Positions 31,148-39,836 of a stretch of DNA of 64,000 bases are shown piece by piece. Both the position numbers and the translations under genes were made by a program. This DNA comes from a virus (taxonomy: Duplodnaviria; Caudoviricetes). Position 1 is the stretch's first letter. Each line of letters opens with the position of its first letter. The notes beneath the pieces were generated by a model. That model worked only from the letters and a program-made list of their open reading frames with translations, made no database searches and was not told the DNA's origin. Location: the IMG/VR virus record IMGVR_UViG_3300028048_000042. One strand, 5' to 3'.

Positions 31148-31444
31148 AAAATGGCAGGGATAATCCCTGCTTTTTTATTTCACGTTAAATTGTCAGAACA
31201 TTTAGGAATTTATTTGCTCTGAATTGTCTGAATATTTAGGAATATATATTCTAAAACCGTGCATTTTTTTAAAGCCGTTTTTAGGGGTATTTTTACCCCC
31301 TATATGGCGAACCCATCGCTCAAAAATCACATGAAAATTTTTAGGCTTTTTTGCAGAATCTCTTACGGAGCGTAGGCAATAAGTGCCAATAAGTGTGGAG
31401 GGAGCATATACATTGAGTGCAGAGAAAAGGAAAAACACTTTTTC

Positions 31445-31910
31445 GAAATCAAAAAATCTCATTTAAAAAATTTTTCAAAAAAATTTTAGACCTTTTTTTG
31501 TAAAGGGAATATATGGGGCAGAGGGGACAAAGGGAATAAAAGTGTTGGGGGACTAAGGGGGGAATTTGGGGAAATATTTTTGGAGAGATTGTGTATTGAG
31601 TAGAATTTGAGCAATAGCGATTAAAACGGCAATGCACTGTTGATTTAATCGAAACAAATAACATTGTGGACGGATAGACGAGCGTAGGAACAAAAAAAAC
31701 GAAAAACTGAAATCGAAAAATCTCATTTAAAAAAATTTTCAAAAAAATTTTTAGACCTTTTTTTGGAATGATGAAATAGCACAAGAATAGGAATGGTGCA
31801 AAATGGAACGAAGATTTGAAGTGAGGTTGGCAGAAGGGGAAACGCAGTTTCCGAAATGCAAAAATCTCATTTAAAAAATTTTTCAAAAAAATTTTTAAGC
31901 CTTTTTTTTG
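31445..31910. repeat. three ~56-bp A/T-tract direct repeats flanking a G-tract cluster; candidate origin, terminus or packaging locus
   Basis: GAAAT..AAAATCTCATTTAAAAAA(A/T)TTTTCAAAAAAATTTT..CCTTTTTTT at 31445-31500, 31709-31765 and 31853-31910; G runs at 31504-31570. Confidence 0.85.
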
Positions 31911-32044
31911 AAAAATCGAGCCTACGGCGATAGAGGTTAGAATATGGCTTGGTAATGAATAGCACTTTACAAGAATGGTGCAATGTGCTATAATGTAAAT
32001 AAGACTAACGTCCTAAAAAAAATAAAGATAAGGAGGATGGTAAA

Positions 32045-32473
32045 ATGTGGATATTTGCGCTTCTTGCATTGGCACTTATTTTTGGAGATTATTCTGCTGA
32101 CAAAATGTTTTTTATCTGTGTGGCAATTACAATTTTTACAATTATAGTAAAAATAGTGGATTTTGTATTTGAAAAATATTGGACTTGGCAGGAAAAGAAA
32201 TTTCGAGAAAAACGTGAACGACAATTCGCCATTGAACAGGAAGAATTAAAACGCAGGCGAGAACTTGAAGAAAAGAAATATCGAGAAAAAATTCGAAAAA
32301 GCGCAGAGAATATTTGTCATGATATTCAAACAGGCAAACGTCCCATGCCCAATATCAGTGGGATTGTTGGAGAGCGTTTAAGTTATGATAACGCAAAAAT
32401 TAGAGAATTTTGTTGTCAAAACAATATTACTTTTGATGAATTGGTGGAAATGCACTTCAACGGATATTTGTAA
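32045..32473 (+). CDS. membrane protein (2 N-terminal TM plus coiled coil)
   Basis: AGGAGG RBS; hydrophobic N-terminus. Confidence 0.75.
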   Translation: MWIFALLALALIFGDYSADKMFFICVAITIFTIIVKIVDFVFEKYWTWQEKKFREKRERQFAIEQEELKRRRELEEKKYREKIRKSAENICHDIQTGKRPMPNISGIVGERLSYDNAKIREFCCQNNITFDELVEMHFNGYL

Positions 32474-32521
32474 AAAAAGACACTCAATATGAGTGCCTTT
32501 TTTTTGTTTTCTTGTGTGGTG

Positions 32522-32875
32522 TTAACCTTCCCAACGAGCAGCATAACCACGAGTGTCTACATGAACGAATTGGTCATCATAGTAACGACCAATACCATCA
32601 GCACCGAGTTCTTCAGCGAGGTCAGCCAATTCATCAACTGTCCATCCATCAGGAACAAGTACGTCAGCAGCGCACCCTTGAACATGCTGAGAGTTAGGAA
32701 CGCCACCTACTTCGGCATTATGTTCAGGGCAACGGTATACACAAGATACATTTACAGGTGCTCCTACACGTTCACGAATATCATCAAGGAGATTCTGCAA
32801 ACGTACATCAATACCATCACCAAGGCTACCGCAACAACGGCAAGCCATTTCTTCTACACTAAAATATTTAGCCAT
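32522..32875 (-). CDS. peptidase M15 family Zn peptidoglycan peptidase (endolysin-like)
   Basis: YRCPEHN..VGG..NSQHVQGCAAD...GIGRY...FVHVDTR: SxHxxGxAxD and HVD Zn ligands. Confidence 0.9.
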   Translation of the reverse strand: MAKYFSVEEMACRCCGSLGDGIDVRLQNLLDDIRERVGAPVNVSCVYRCPEHNAEVGGVPNSQHVQGCAADVLVPDGWTVDELADLAEELGADGIGRYYDDQFVHVDTRGYAARWEG

Positions 32876-33087
32876 AAAATCACCTCATATTAAAAAGAAG
32901 CATAGTCTTAGGAAGTTACCACTTCACAAAAAACAATATTTCTTTTTACATTAAATATGAAGTTGTTTTGTACCTAGTTAAAAACTCATGGCTGAAAGTG
33001 AGGGACTTTATTAACGTTAAAAAATCATTGACAAACAACTGCTTCTATGATAAGATAAAGAAAAAATTAAAACTTGGAGGAATAAAA

Positions 33088-33465
33088 ATGTATATAAACA
33101 ATATCAGAGAATGGATTGATAGACGATTGAAAAATGATGAAATTACGAAAGTTCGTTTCTATATTTCTCCTAAAGATTGCATTGAATCCATTTACGAAAA
33201 TAAATTGATTGCAGAAATCGAGAAAATGTTCAAAGAAATTGGCATCAATACTAATTTTGTAGATACTATACCAGGTGCTTTCAATCTCAATCGTAATTAC
33301 CTCGAAACGGACAAATTTGATGCCATTGTTGAATATTGTGGTGTATATCCAATCAAAATGGACGCCAAAAACAGTGCTTGGTTGTCTGCACTAGATAATT
33401 GCGGTGAAATTCGCATAACGGTAGTCACTTATGATAAAGATGATAATGAACATATGAATTTGTAA
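33088..33465 (+). CDS. hypothetical protein
   Basis: GGAGG RBS; start reassigned. Confidence 0.7.
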   Translation: MYINNIREWIDRRLKNDEITKVRFYISPKDCIESIYENKLIAEIEKMFKEIGINTNFVDTIPGAFNLNRNYLETDKFDAIVEYCGVYPIKMDAKNSAWLSALDNCGEIRITVVTYDKDDNEHMNL

Positions 33466-33478
33466 TGGAGGACTTGTT

Positions 33479-34000
33479 TTGTTTAAAAAGCTTTTTGTCA
33501 TATTGATGGTTATTACTTCCTTTTTTATGGTTGGATGTGTCAATTCTTCCGAAACGGTAGAAATTAAAGTAACAGGTATTTCTTGGGAATATATTATTCA
33601 TGTTCAGAAGTTAATTACCGTAGAAGAAGAAGATTCGGTTATTCCTAAAGACGGACGATATAAATATAGTACAACAGCAATTCAATATTATGTAGGAAAT
33701 ACGCCTATATACGAAACAAAATATGTATATGATATTGAACGTTGGGAAAAATATGGCACAATTACAACAGAAGGATATGGTCATAATCCGTATTGGGAAG
33801 AATTTTCTTTAGAAAAAGGTGAACCGCCCTATAATGTAGGGGCAACAGATGTAGCAAAAACAGAAGAAATTTACAAGGTCACAGGTATTGTAAATGGAAA
33901 AGAACAAACATTTACTGTAAATAAATCTTTGTGGGAACAACTCAATGAAGGAGATACTGTGGTTGGCATTGTCGAAAACAATCATTTGTATGTAGAATAA
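33479..34000 (+). CDS. putative lipoprotein
   Basis: signal peptide with lipobox-like FMVG-C. Confidence 0.7.
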   Translation: MFKKLFVILMVITSFFMVGCVNSSETVEIKVTGISWEYIIHVQKLITVEEEDSVIPKDGRYKYSTTAIQYYVGNTPIYETKYVYDIERWEKYGTITTEGYGHNPYWEEFSLEKGEPPYNVGATDVAKTEEIYKVTGIVNGKEQTFTVNKSLWEQLNEGDTVVGIVENNHLYVE

Positions 34001-34017
34001 TGATAGGAGTGATAGTC

Positions 34018-34191
34018 ATGAATAAGAATCTTGATGGCGTATTTTTCCGCATTAAACGTGATGGAGAATGGCAGAATGTTTGTTTTTGCGATTTGACCAT
34101 AACTGAAATGTATACCGTAATGAAAAGTAGAAGTTGGCATTGGTATAAGGAACTTTTCAAAATTCTTTTGCAGAACAATTTGCGATATTAG
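34018..34191 (+). CDS. small hypothetical protein
   Basis: AGGAG RBS. Confidence 0.6.
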   Translation: MNKNLDGVFFRIKRDGEWQNVCFCDLTITEMYTVMKSRSWHWYKELFKILLQNNLRY

Positions 34192-34223
34192 TAATTATTT
34201 TAATTTGAAAGGAATTTGATTTA

Positions 34224-34484
34224 ATGAAGTTTAAATCACATGGAAACACTTTTTTTTCAAATTGGTATGCATTTGAAATCACTGACAATAATCAAAAAAT
34301 AGATAATGTAGTTTTCAAAATGTCTCCCTATACAAATGAAAGGCAAATTTGCATTTATGATGAATACGCTAAATGTAAATATCTTTTTCTGATTAAAGAC
34401 GATACAATTCTTGCGTATGAATCCAATGATATATTAAATATTAAAGAAATGAAACAATTGTTGTCACGATTTTTTGGAGTATGA
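34224..34484 (+). CDS. RxxG[VI]-COOH family protein
   Basis: ends KQLLSRFFGV*. Confidence 0.75.
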   Translation: MKFKSHGNTFFSNWYAFEITDNNQKIDNVVFKMSPYTNERQICIYDEYAKCKYLFLIKDDTILAYESNDILNIKEMKQLLSRFFGV

Positions 34485-34487
34485 AAG

Positions 34488-34733
34488 ATGAATATACATT
34501 TTGTTTTACAAAAAACTGTTATGGAAGGTGTTGATTACCAAGAACCAAAAAAAAGAGTAGGTTGTATAGGATATATTTTTACAACAAGTAATATATCTAA
34601 AAAATTTGTTTTTCGTAGCTATACTGATGGCACACAAACGATGCATAAATTAGGTGGAATTTTATACAAACCAATAGACTTTATGAAAGTTGAATACCTA
34701 AGAAAATTAATGCAAAGATTTGATGGAGTTTGA
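34488..34733 (+). CDS. RxxG[VI]-COOH family protein
   Basis: ends RKLMQRFDGV*. Confidence 0.75.
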   Translation: MNIHFVLQKTVMEGVDYQEPKKRVGCIGYIFTTSNISKKFVFRSYTDGTQTMHKLGGILYKPIDFMKVEYLRKLMQRFDGV

Positions 34734-34751
34734 TTATAAAGGAGTAATGAA

Positions 34752-34916
34752 ATGAATAATAAAAACGTGAGTGGAAAAAGAGACACAAAATTGTGCAAAA
34801 GCATAAAAGAACATAACAAAACTTGTGACAGTTGTCCTGCTTTAGTAAGAAAATCAGAAGGAAAATGTTGTGTTTTTGACTATACTCTAATTAAAGCTGA
34901 TAAAGATTTGAGATAA
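34752..34916 (+). CDS. small Cys-rich protein
   Basis: AGGAG RBS; 54 aa. Confidence 0.55.
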   Translation: MNNKNVSGKRDTKLCKSIKEHNKTCDSCPALVRKSEGKCCVFDYTLIKADKDLR

Positions 34917-34949
34917 AATTATGTTGGCATATAATCCAAATGAAAAAGG

Positions 34950-35195
34950 ATGGCAAAAGTGAAATTAGAAGAAGCGATTAAGCGTTGCGAAGAATTAGCT
35001 GACAGTAAATATAATACATATAGTAGAGAATGTAGACAATTGGCAGAATGGCTAAAAAAGTTAAAACAATATATTTTAGAATGTAAAAAAGGAAGTGGAA
35101 TAAAATGTTGGATTTTGTTTGCGGTATTTTTGTTGGCATTTTCTTTGGACTTATTCTGCTTAATGATGAAATTAACATTGGATGAAAGAAAATGA
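34950..35195 (+). CDS. small protein with C-terminal TM helix
   Basis: ORF; hydrophobic C-terminus. Confidence 0.6.
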   Translation: MAKVKLEEAIKRCEELADSKYNTYSRECRQLAEWLKKLKQYILECKKGSGIKCWILFAVFLLAFSLDLFCLMMKLTLDERK

Positions 35196-35201
35196 GGATT
35201 A

Positions 35202-35501
35202 ATGAATATGAAAGATGAATTGATTGTCAAGAATGCAATTACTAATGCAATAGCCAAAACACACAAAGAACTTTCAAATTTAAGATTGGGAATTTTGGCA
35301 TTTATTGATGAATATAACAATTTTGGATTTTCAATTTATGGCGGTTTGAATAGTGGATTAGGCAAAAAAGAAATTTACAACAGAGAAATTCTTGCTTTTG
35401 AAGAATATATGAAGTCGTGCAATATCAATATTGTTTTGGTTTTGCGTGAAGATGATTTAGATGATGATACATTTTACCTTGAATACAAAGTAGTAGAATG
35501 A
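35202..35501 (+). CDS. hypothetical protein
   Basis: GAGG RBS. Confidence 0.65.
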   Translation: MNMKDELIVKNAITNAIAKTHKELSNLRLGILAFIDEYNNFGFSIYGGLNSGLGKKEIYNREILAFEEYMKSCNINIVLVLREDDLDDDTFYLEYKVVE

Positions 35502-35529
35502 GAAAATAGTAAAGGAAGGATGAATAAAT

Positions 35530-36315
35530 ATGTTTAAAGATTCTTTAGGCGATAGAATGAAAGGTTATTATGAAAATGCTTATCGCAATTATTTAACAAG
35601 ACGAACTCCTGTAATTATCCGTATTGACGGTAAAGCTTTTCACACTTTTACAAGAGGTCTTGAAAAACCATATGATATGATTTTTAAGAAAGCTATGTGG
35701 AAAACAACGGTTTATTTGTGTGAAAATATTCAAAATGCAAGAATTGGCTATGTGCAATCTGATGAAATTTCCATTCTTTTGATTGACTATAATAAATTTA
35801 CAACCTCTGCATGGTTTGATAATAATATTCAGAAAATGTGTTCTGTGTCAGCAAGTATGGCAACGATGGCTTTCAATAAATATTTTATGGAAGAACTCTA
35901 TGAATATTTAGAAACAAATGATATGTCTGATGAAAAGTTTGCTATTTATGAAAGCAAACTTAATGGTGCTATGTTTGATTCGCGAGTTTTCAATCTCCCT
36001 GAGTCGGAGGTTTGTAATTATTTCATTTGGCGACAAAATGATGCTACACGTAATTCTATTGAACTTTTGGGTAGAGAATACTTTTCTGCAAAAGAATTGC
36101 ATAAGGTTAATTGCAATCAAATTCAAGACAAACTCATGACAGAGAAAAATGTTAATTGGAATGATTGTCCAACATTTTTTAAGCGTGGTGCGTGTGCATA
36201 TAAGAAAGTCAATGAAGAAGAAAATTGTTCGGCAGTAAGTATTGATTTGGAAATTCCAATTTTTACACAAGATAGAAATTTCATTGAGAAACATTTGGAA
36301 ATTGTAGACAAATAA
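35530..36315 (+). CDS. thg1: tRNA(His) guanylyltransferase Thg1-like 3'-5' polymerase
   Basis: RIDGKAFHTFT, YVQSDEIS, FDSRVF, YFIWRQNDATRNS, KRG motifs. Confidence 0.93.
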   Translation: MFKDSLGDRMKGYYENAYRNYLTRRTPVIIRIDGKAFHTFTRGLEKPYDMIFKKAMWKTTVYLCENIQNARIGYVQSDEISILLIDYNKFTTSAWFDNNIQKMCSVSASMATMAFNKYFMEELYEYLETNDMSDEKFAIYESKLNGAMFDSRVFNLPESEVCNYFIWRQNDATRNSIELLGREYFSAKELHKVNCNQIQDKLMTEKNVNWNDCPTFFKRGACAYKKVNEEENCSAVSIDLEIPIFTQDRNFIEKHLEIVDK

Positions 36316-36330
36316 AGGGAGATACAACGT

Positions 36331-36426
36331 ATGTTCTTGCTTGATGCATGGATTTGTTTTATTGGATTGGCAGGGTTTACTTTTGCGCTATGGTTCATTA
36401 TCAATAGCGAAGAAAAAACATTATAA
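36331..36426 (+). CDS. 31-aa single-TM peptide
   Basis: GGGAG RBS; hydrophobic. Confidence 0.45.
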   Translation: MFLLDAWICFIGLAGFTFALWFIINSEEKTL

Positions 36427-36536
36427 CAAAAAAAACAAAAAAGAGTAAGGTATATTTCCTTACTCTTTTTGTTGACAAAAAACATTTCTTGTGATATTCT
36501 AAAAATAGATTTTTAATAAAAGGAGAGAAAATTTCA

Positions 36537-37265
36537 ATGAAAAAAATCCTAATAATGTTTACACTTATCTTTACCACAATATTATCATCTGCTAGTGCTC
36601 ACAATTATTGTTTTATTGGAGATAGCCGTTTTGTGGGTATGAAGCAATCTGTAGAATATAACAACAATGTGAAATGGATTGCTAAAGTTTCTATGGGTAA
36701 TGCGTGGGTTTGGCAACACATGAATACGATTCAATCTTTAGATAAAGACACCATCATTATTTACGAAATGGGCGTGAATGATTTAGATTCAGCAGAATGT
36801 ATTTCTGTATTAAATCATCTAAAGGAATTAGGATTTACTCATATTTATTTTTCAACGATTACACCTGTAAACGAAGAAAAATGCTATTCCTATGGATATA
36901 GCAGAACGAATAGTCAAATTCAAACATACAATCGTAATGTATTAAACAATCTGCCTAATGGTGTAAAATTAATTAGTAGTTATGATACATTCATCAACAA
37001 TGGGTTTAATACATTAGATGGAATTCATTACACAAATGATACATATCAAATGTGGTATCAATACATTATGAAACAGGTAGAAAAAGATTTTGAACAAGTC
37101 CAATCAACGCCTGTGGTTTCAAAAGAAACAATTCAAAAAGATATTCAACCACAAGAAGATGTTCAATCAGCAGAAAACCCTAAAGATGAACCACTAGAAC
37201 AAAAATCACTTACAATTTTTGATAGAATTATTATTTTCCTTAAACAAATCTTTCGGAGAGATTAA
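36537..37265 (+). CDS. secreted SGNH/GDSL-type hydrolase
   Basis: signal peptide; FIGDS, GVND and DGIH blocks. Confidence 0.85.
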   Translation: MKKILIMFTLIFTTILSSASAHNYCFIGDSRFVGMKQSVEYNNNVKWIAKVSMGNAWVWQHMNTIQSLDKDTIIIYEMGVNDLDSAECISVLNHLKELGFTHIYFSTITPVNEEKCYSYGYSRTNSQIQTYNRNVLNNLPNGVKLISSYDTFINNGFNTLDGIHYTNDTYQMWYQYIMKQVEKDFEQVQSTPVVSKETIQKDIQPQEDVQSAENPKDEPLEQKSLTIFDRIIIFLKQIFRRD

Positions 37266-37560
37266 TCAATGAGCATATTTGATGATATAATTAATTTTCC
37301 TTTAAATTTTGTTTCATTTTGGACAAATTGGAGTTGCTTGGACAATAAAAGAAAGTCTAACAACCAATTAGAAATTACGCTTATCAACCCTAAAAATATG
37401 TCCTATAATATAAATACAATTGATTTAAGGAGAGATAAATAAATGCGCAATAACTTTATTGGTACATGATACAATTCAATCCATTATTATCAGTGACGAT
37501 TATGAAACTGCAATAAAAAAGGCATTTTCCAATAACTAATCATGTGGGGAGGGATAATTA

Positions 37561-38079
37561 ATGTCACTTTTTAAGAATCTTTTCAATGATAAAAAACTTG
37601 TAAGTGAAGATAGACAAGAACGACCTGCCGAAAAAAATAATGCCAACTCAGAAATCAATAAAGAATACAATATAACTTATAAACCATGCGAACAATCCAC
37701 AGATTTTAATTCGCACAATGATAAAGACTATGAATATAATAACGAGGGCGAGGAGGGAGAAGAAATGAACAATTATGAAGATGAAGAATATAAAGAAGTG
37801 GTAATTCCACCAATCATTAACCTTCGAGAAGCAATTGTATGTACTTGTGATGAAGGAGAAACAAAAGTAGCTATCAGAAAAGATAGAATTTTTTATTTGG
37901 AGGAAGAAGAAGATACAGATGATTACAATAAAAAGCATACTGAAATTTATTTTGACGATTCAACAGGCGAAGAATGTAGCGTAACAGTAGACCAATCTTT
38001 TGATGAAGTACGTAAAGCGGTATGGGGATATGAAAATCATAATGAATTAATGTTAGATAATGAAGCTAAAAATAAATAA
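37561..38079 (+). CDS. acidic hypothetical protein
   Basis: GGAGG RBS. Confidence 0.7.
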   Translation: MSLFKNLFNDKKLVSEDRQERPAEKNNANSEINKEYNITYKPCEQSTDFNSHNDKDYEYNNEGEEGEEMNNYEDEEYKEVVIPPIINLREAIVCTCDEGETKVAIRKDRIFYLEEEEDTDDYNKKHTEIYFDDSTGEECSVTVDQSFDEVRKAVWGYENHNELMLDNEAKNK

Positions 38080-38091
38080 GGGAGGATTATA

Positions 38092-38976
38092 ATGGACAAT
38101 TCACACTATTGGAGAAGAAAAGAAGAAATGAAAAAGAAAGCATTAGAACATACAAAAGAAATGTCTAATACTTATTCAGAAGAAATTCTAAACTCCATTA
38201 ATAACACTACACTCTATTTTATGAATGGAAACAATGTAAAGAAAAGTCATCATGAAGGAGATAGTATTATCACCGAAACTGTATATCCTTTGGTTAAGAA
38301 TGCTATGGTAAGACCAATTCCTAAACATCATGTATTACAGTCTACTTCTACACAAGCAATCTTTGATGAATTAAGTAGTAGTGGCAAAGTTTGTGTATTG
38401 AACTTTGCTAGTTATAAGAATGCAGGAGGTGAATTCCTTAAAGGCAGTACAGCACAAGAAGAATGTTTATGCCATGATTCATTCCTGTATAATGTATTAA
38501 AAGAATATCCTAAGTATTATGAATGGAATAAACAACATTTAAATAAGGGAATGTATCTCCATAGAGCATTATATACAAAAGATGTAATTTTTGAATGTGA
38601 AGGTAAAAAAGCGTTGGTAGATGTAATTACTTGTGCTAGTCCAAACTATTCCGTAGCATTAAAATATGGCGGTTTTACGGCAAAAGAAAATCTAACCTGC
38701 CTAAAGCAGAGGGCGAAATTTATTCATGCCATAATTGAGGACAATCCACAGATTGATGTAGTCATTTTAGGAGCTTGGGGATGTGGCGTATTCAAACAAC
38801 AGCCCAAACAAATGGCAGAGATTTGGAAAAGATTGCCTTTTGACTCTAATCTGACCATTATCCACGCTATCCCTGACAGACGAACTTTTAACGATTTTGA
38901 AAATGTGCTTCATAAGCATAAGCAAATGGGAAATAGTTTTTACTCAAATTCGTTTTACTTAAATCAAATTGAGTAA
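38092..38976 (+). CDS. TIGR02452/DUF2263-type macrodomain (bacterial PARG-like ADP-ribose glycohydrolase)
   Basis: VLNFAS..NAGGEF..GSTAQEE.LC signature; LGAWGCGVF loop. Confidence 0.9.
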   Translation: MDNSHYWRRKEEMKKKALEHTKEMSNTYSEEILNSINNTTLYFMNGNNVKKSHHEGDSIITETVYPLVKNAMVRPIPKHHVLQSTSTQAIFDELSSSGKVCVLNFASYKNAGGEFLKGSTAQEECLCHDSFLYNVLKEYPKYYEWNKQHLNKGMYLHRALYTKDVIFECEGKKALVDVITCASPNYSVALKYGGFTAKENLTCLKQRAKFIHAIIEDNPQIDVVILGAWGCGVFKQQPKQMAEIWKRLPFDSNLTIIHAIPDRRTFNDFENVLHKHKQMGNSFYSNSFYLNQIE

Positions 38977-38997
38977 AAATATATAGGTGGAATCCAC

Positions 38998-39089
38998 AAA
39001 TTCATAGTAATGAATTCTATAAATTCATAGTAATGAATTTTATAAATTTGTAATAATGAATTCTATAAATTTGTGTTAATAGATTCTTT
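38998..39089. repeat. four tandem 23-bp repeats AAATTCATAGTAATGAATTCTAT (degenerating rightwards)
   Basis: units start at 38998, 39021, 39044, 39067; the first two contain AATTCAT-N4-ATGAATT. Confidence 0.85.
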
Positions 39090-39099
39090 GATTTTATGG

Positions 39100-39142
39100 T
39101 AACAAAAAGAGACAGGTGTTTTATACCTATCTCTTTTTGTTA
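39100..39142. terminator. bidirectional intrinsic terminator
   Basis: TAACAAAAAGAGA.AGGT...ACCT.TCTCTTTTTGTTA. Confidence 0.75.
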
Positions 39143-39144
39143 TT

Positions 39145-39480
39145 ATATACGTGGCAAGTTAGCTATCGTCAGATAGTCATATAACCGCCCATACGGATAA
39201 TCTACGTATAAAAAGTAATTGCACTATACAGTCTAAAATAGTACATATTCGTTGACTGTTTCCATAGGCAACTATTAGTTCGCCATTCGGTACAAATTGT
39301 ACAGAAAAAAGAGCGTTTACCTACGCTCACAGGCATCTGAAAAAGCACCTTATTCGCACCGTAGGGTGCTCATGTGCGGAAAAATTTCGGATTGAGTTTT
39401 CGGAGTTCATTCATTCTATAAAAAGAATAAGAAGTCCTCTGCCCTATATTTTGTCGTTGAGAGAGTAGAAGATTAGCAAA
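39145..39480. ncRNA. candidate structured non-coding RNA
   Basis: about 330 nt with no convincing ORF, GC above flanks, several hairpins. Confidence 0.35.
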
Positions 39481-39554
39481 AATATAGATTAAAAAGAATA
39501 TTGACAAAATGTGAATGATAATGATATAATTGTATAGAAAGGAGTTGTAGATAT

Positions 39555-39836
39555 ATGATAAAATTCTGCAATGAAATGCAATATGACAATTCATTCCTTG
39601 AAGATAAGTCGTGTTTTTTCGCATTTTTTTATTCTGAAGGCGAAAGATATTTTTGCAGATTACCATCAGGCATAGATGTAAACAGCATTGACTACTTAAA
39701 ACTATACCGTGTTTGGCATCCTTCAAAATCTGTTGGACAAAATAATATAGGATGGAACTTTGAAGAATTGAAAGAAAACAAAACACCACAACAAAAAATG
39801 TATAGAAAATTGTATAGTAGGATTTTGGGATTATGA
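39555..39836 (+). CDS. RxxG[VI]-COOH family protein
   Basis: ends KLYSRILGL*. Confidence 0.75.
   Translation: MIKFCNEMQYDNSFLEDKSCFFAFFYSEGERYFCRLPSGIDVNSIDYLKLYRVWHPSKSVGQNNIGWNFEELKENKTPQQKMYRKLYSRILGL

Larger units (their letters stand above)
1866..31245. repeat. dispersed family of 33-bp palindromic elements AAATTCCTAAA-N11-TTTAGGAATTT (25 full or near-full copies plus 2 half copies)
   Basis: Core orientation A (TAGTCTGAAAA-like) at 1866, 2510, 3519, 4893, 6479, 10543, 13784, 16389, 18351, 30636. Orientation B (TTTTCAAACTA/TTTTCAGACTA-like) at 7233, 8955, 11647, 13163, 15465, 17414, 19788, 21409, 22967, 23912, 25674, 26695, 28255, 28828, 30102. Half copies at 31179 and 31213. All are intergenic, typically between a terminator and the next promoter. 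Confidence 0.95.

Noticed and set aside
1866-31245. 33-bp palindromes as a CRISPR array
   Set aside because: The intervening sequences are 0.5-2.5 kb gene cassettes rather than 30-40 nt spacers, the core orientation alternates, and no cas genes are present.
1866-31245. 33-bp palindromes as ordinary intrinsic terminators
   Set aside because: They have AT-rich stems with no consistent U-tract, and a separate GC-rich terminator usually lies just upstream.
1866-31245. Classical integron
   Set aside because: No IntI in the window, no GTTRRRY/RYYYAAC attC ends, and the cassettes carry their own promoters; only the analogy is kept.
31202-31886. Minus-strand ORFs 31202-31462 and 31449-31886
   Set aside because: They are translations of the A/T-tract repeats with low-complexity F/K content and no RBS.
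32489-32893. + strand 134-aa and 61-aa ORFs
   Set aside because: They are shadows of the minus-strand M15 peptidase, which has clear catalytic motifs and an RBS.
39145-39480. tmRNA, tRNA or RNase P RNA
   Set aside because: No tRNA-like acceptor/T-arm ends or RNase P GAGGAAAGTCC motif could be found on either strand by eye.
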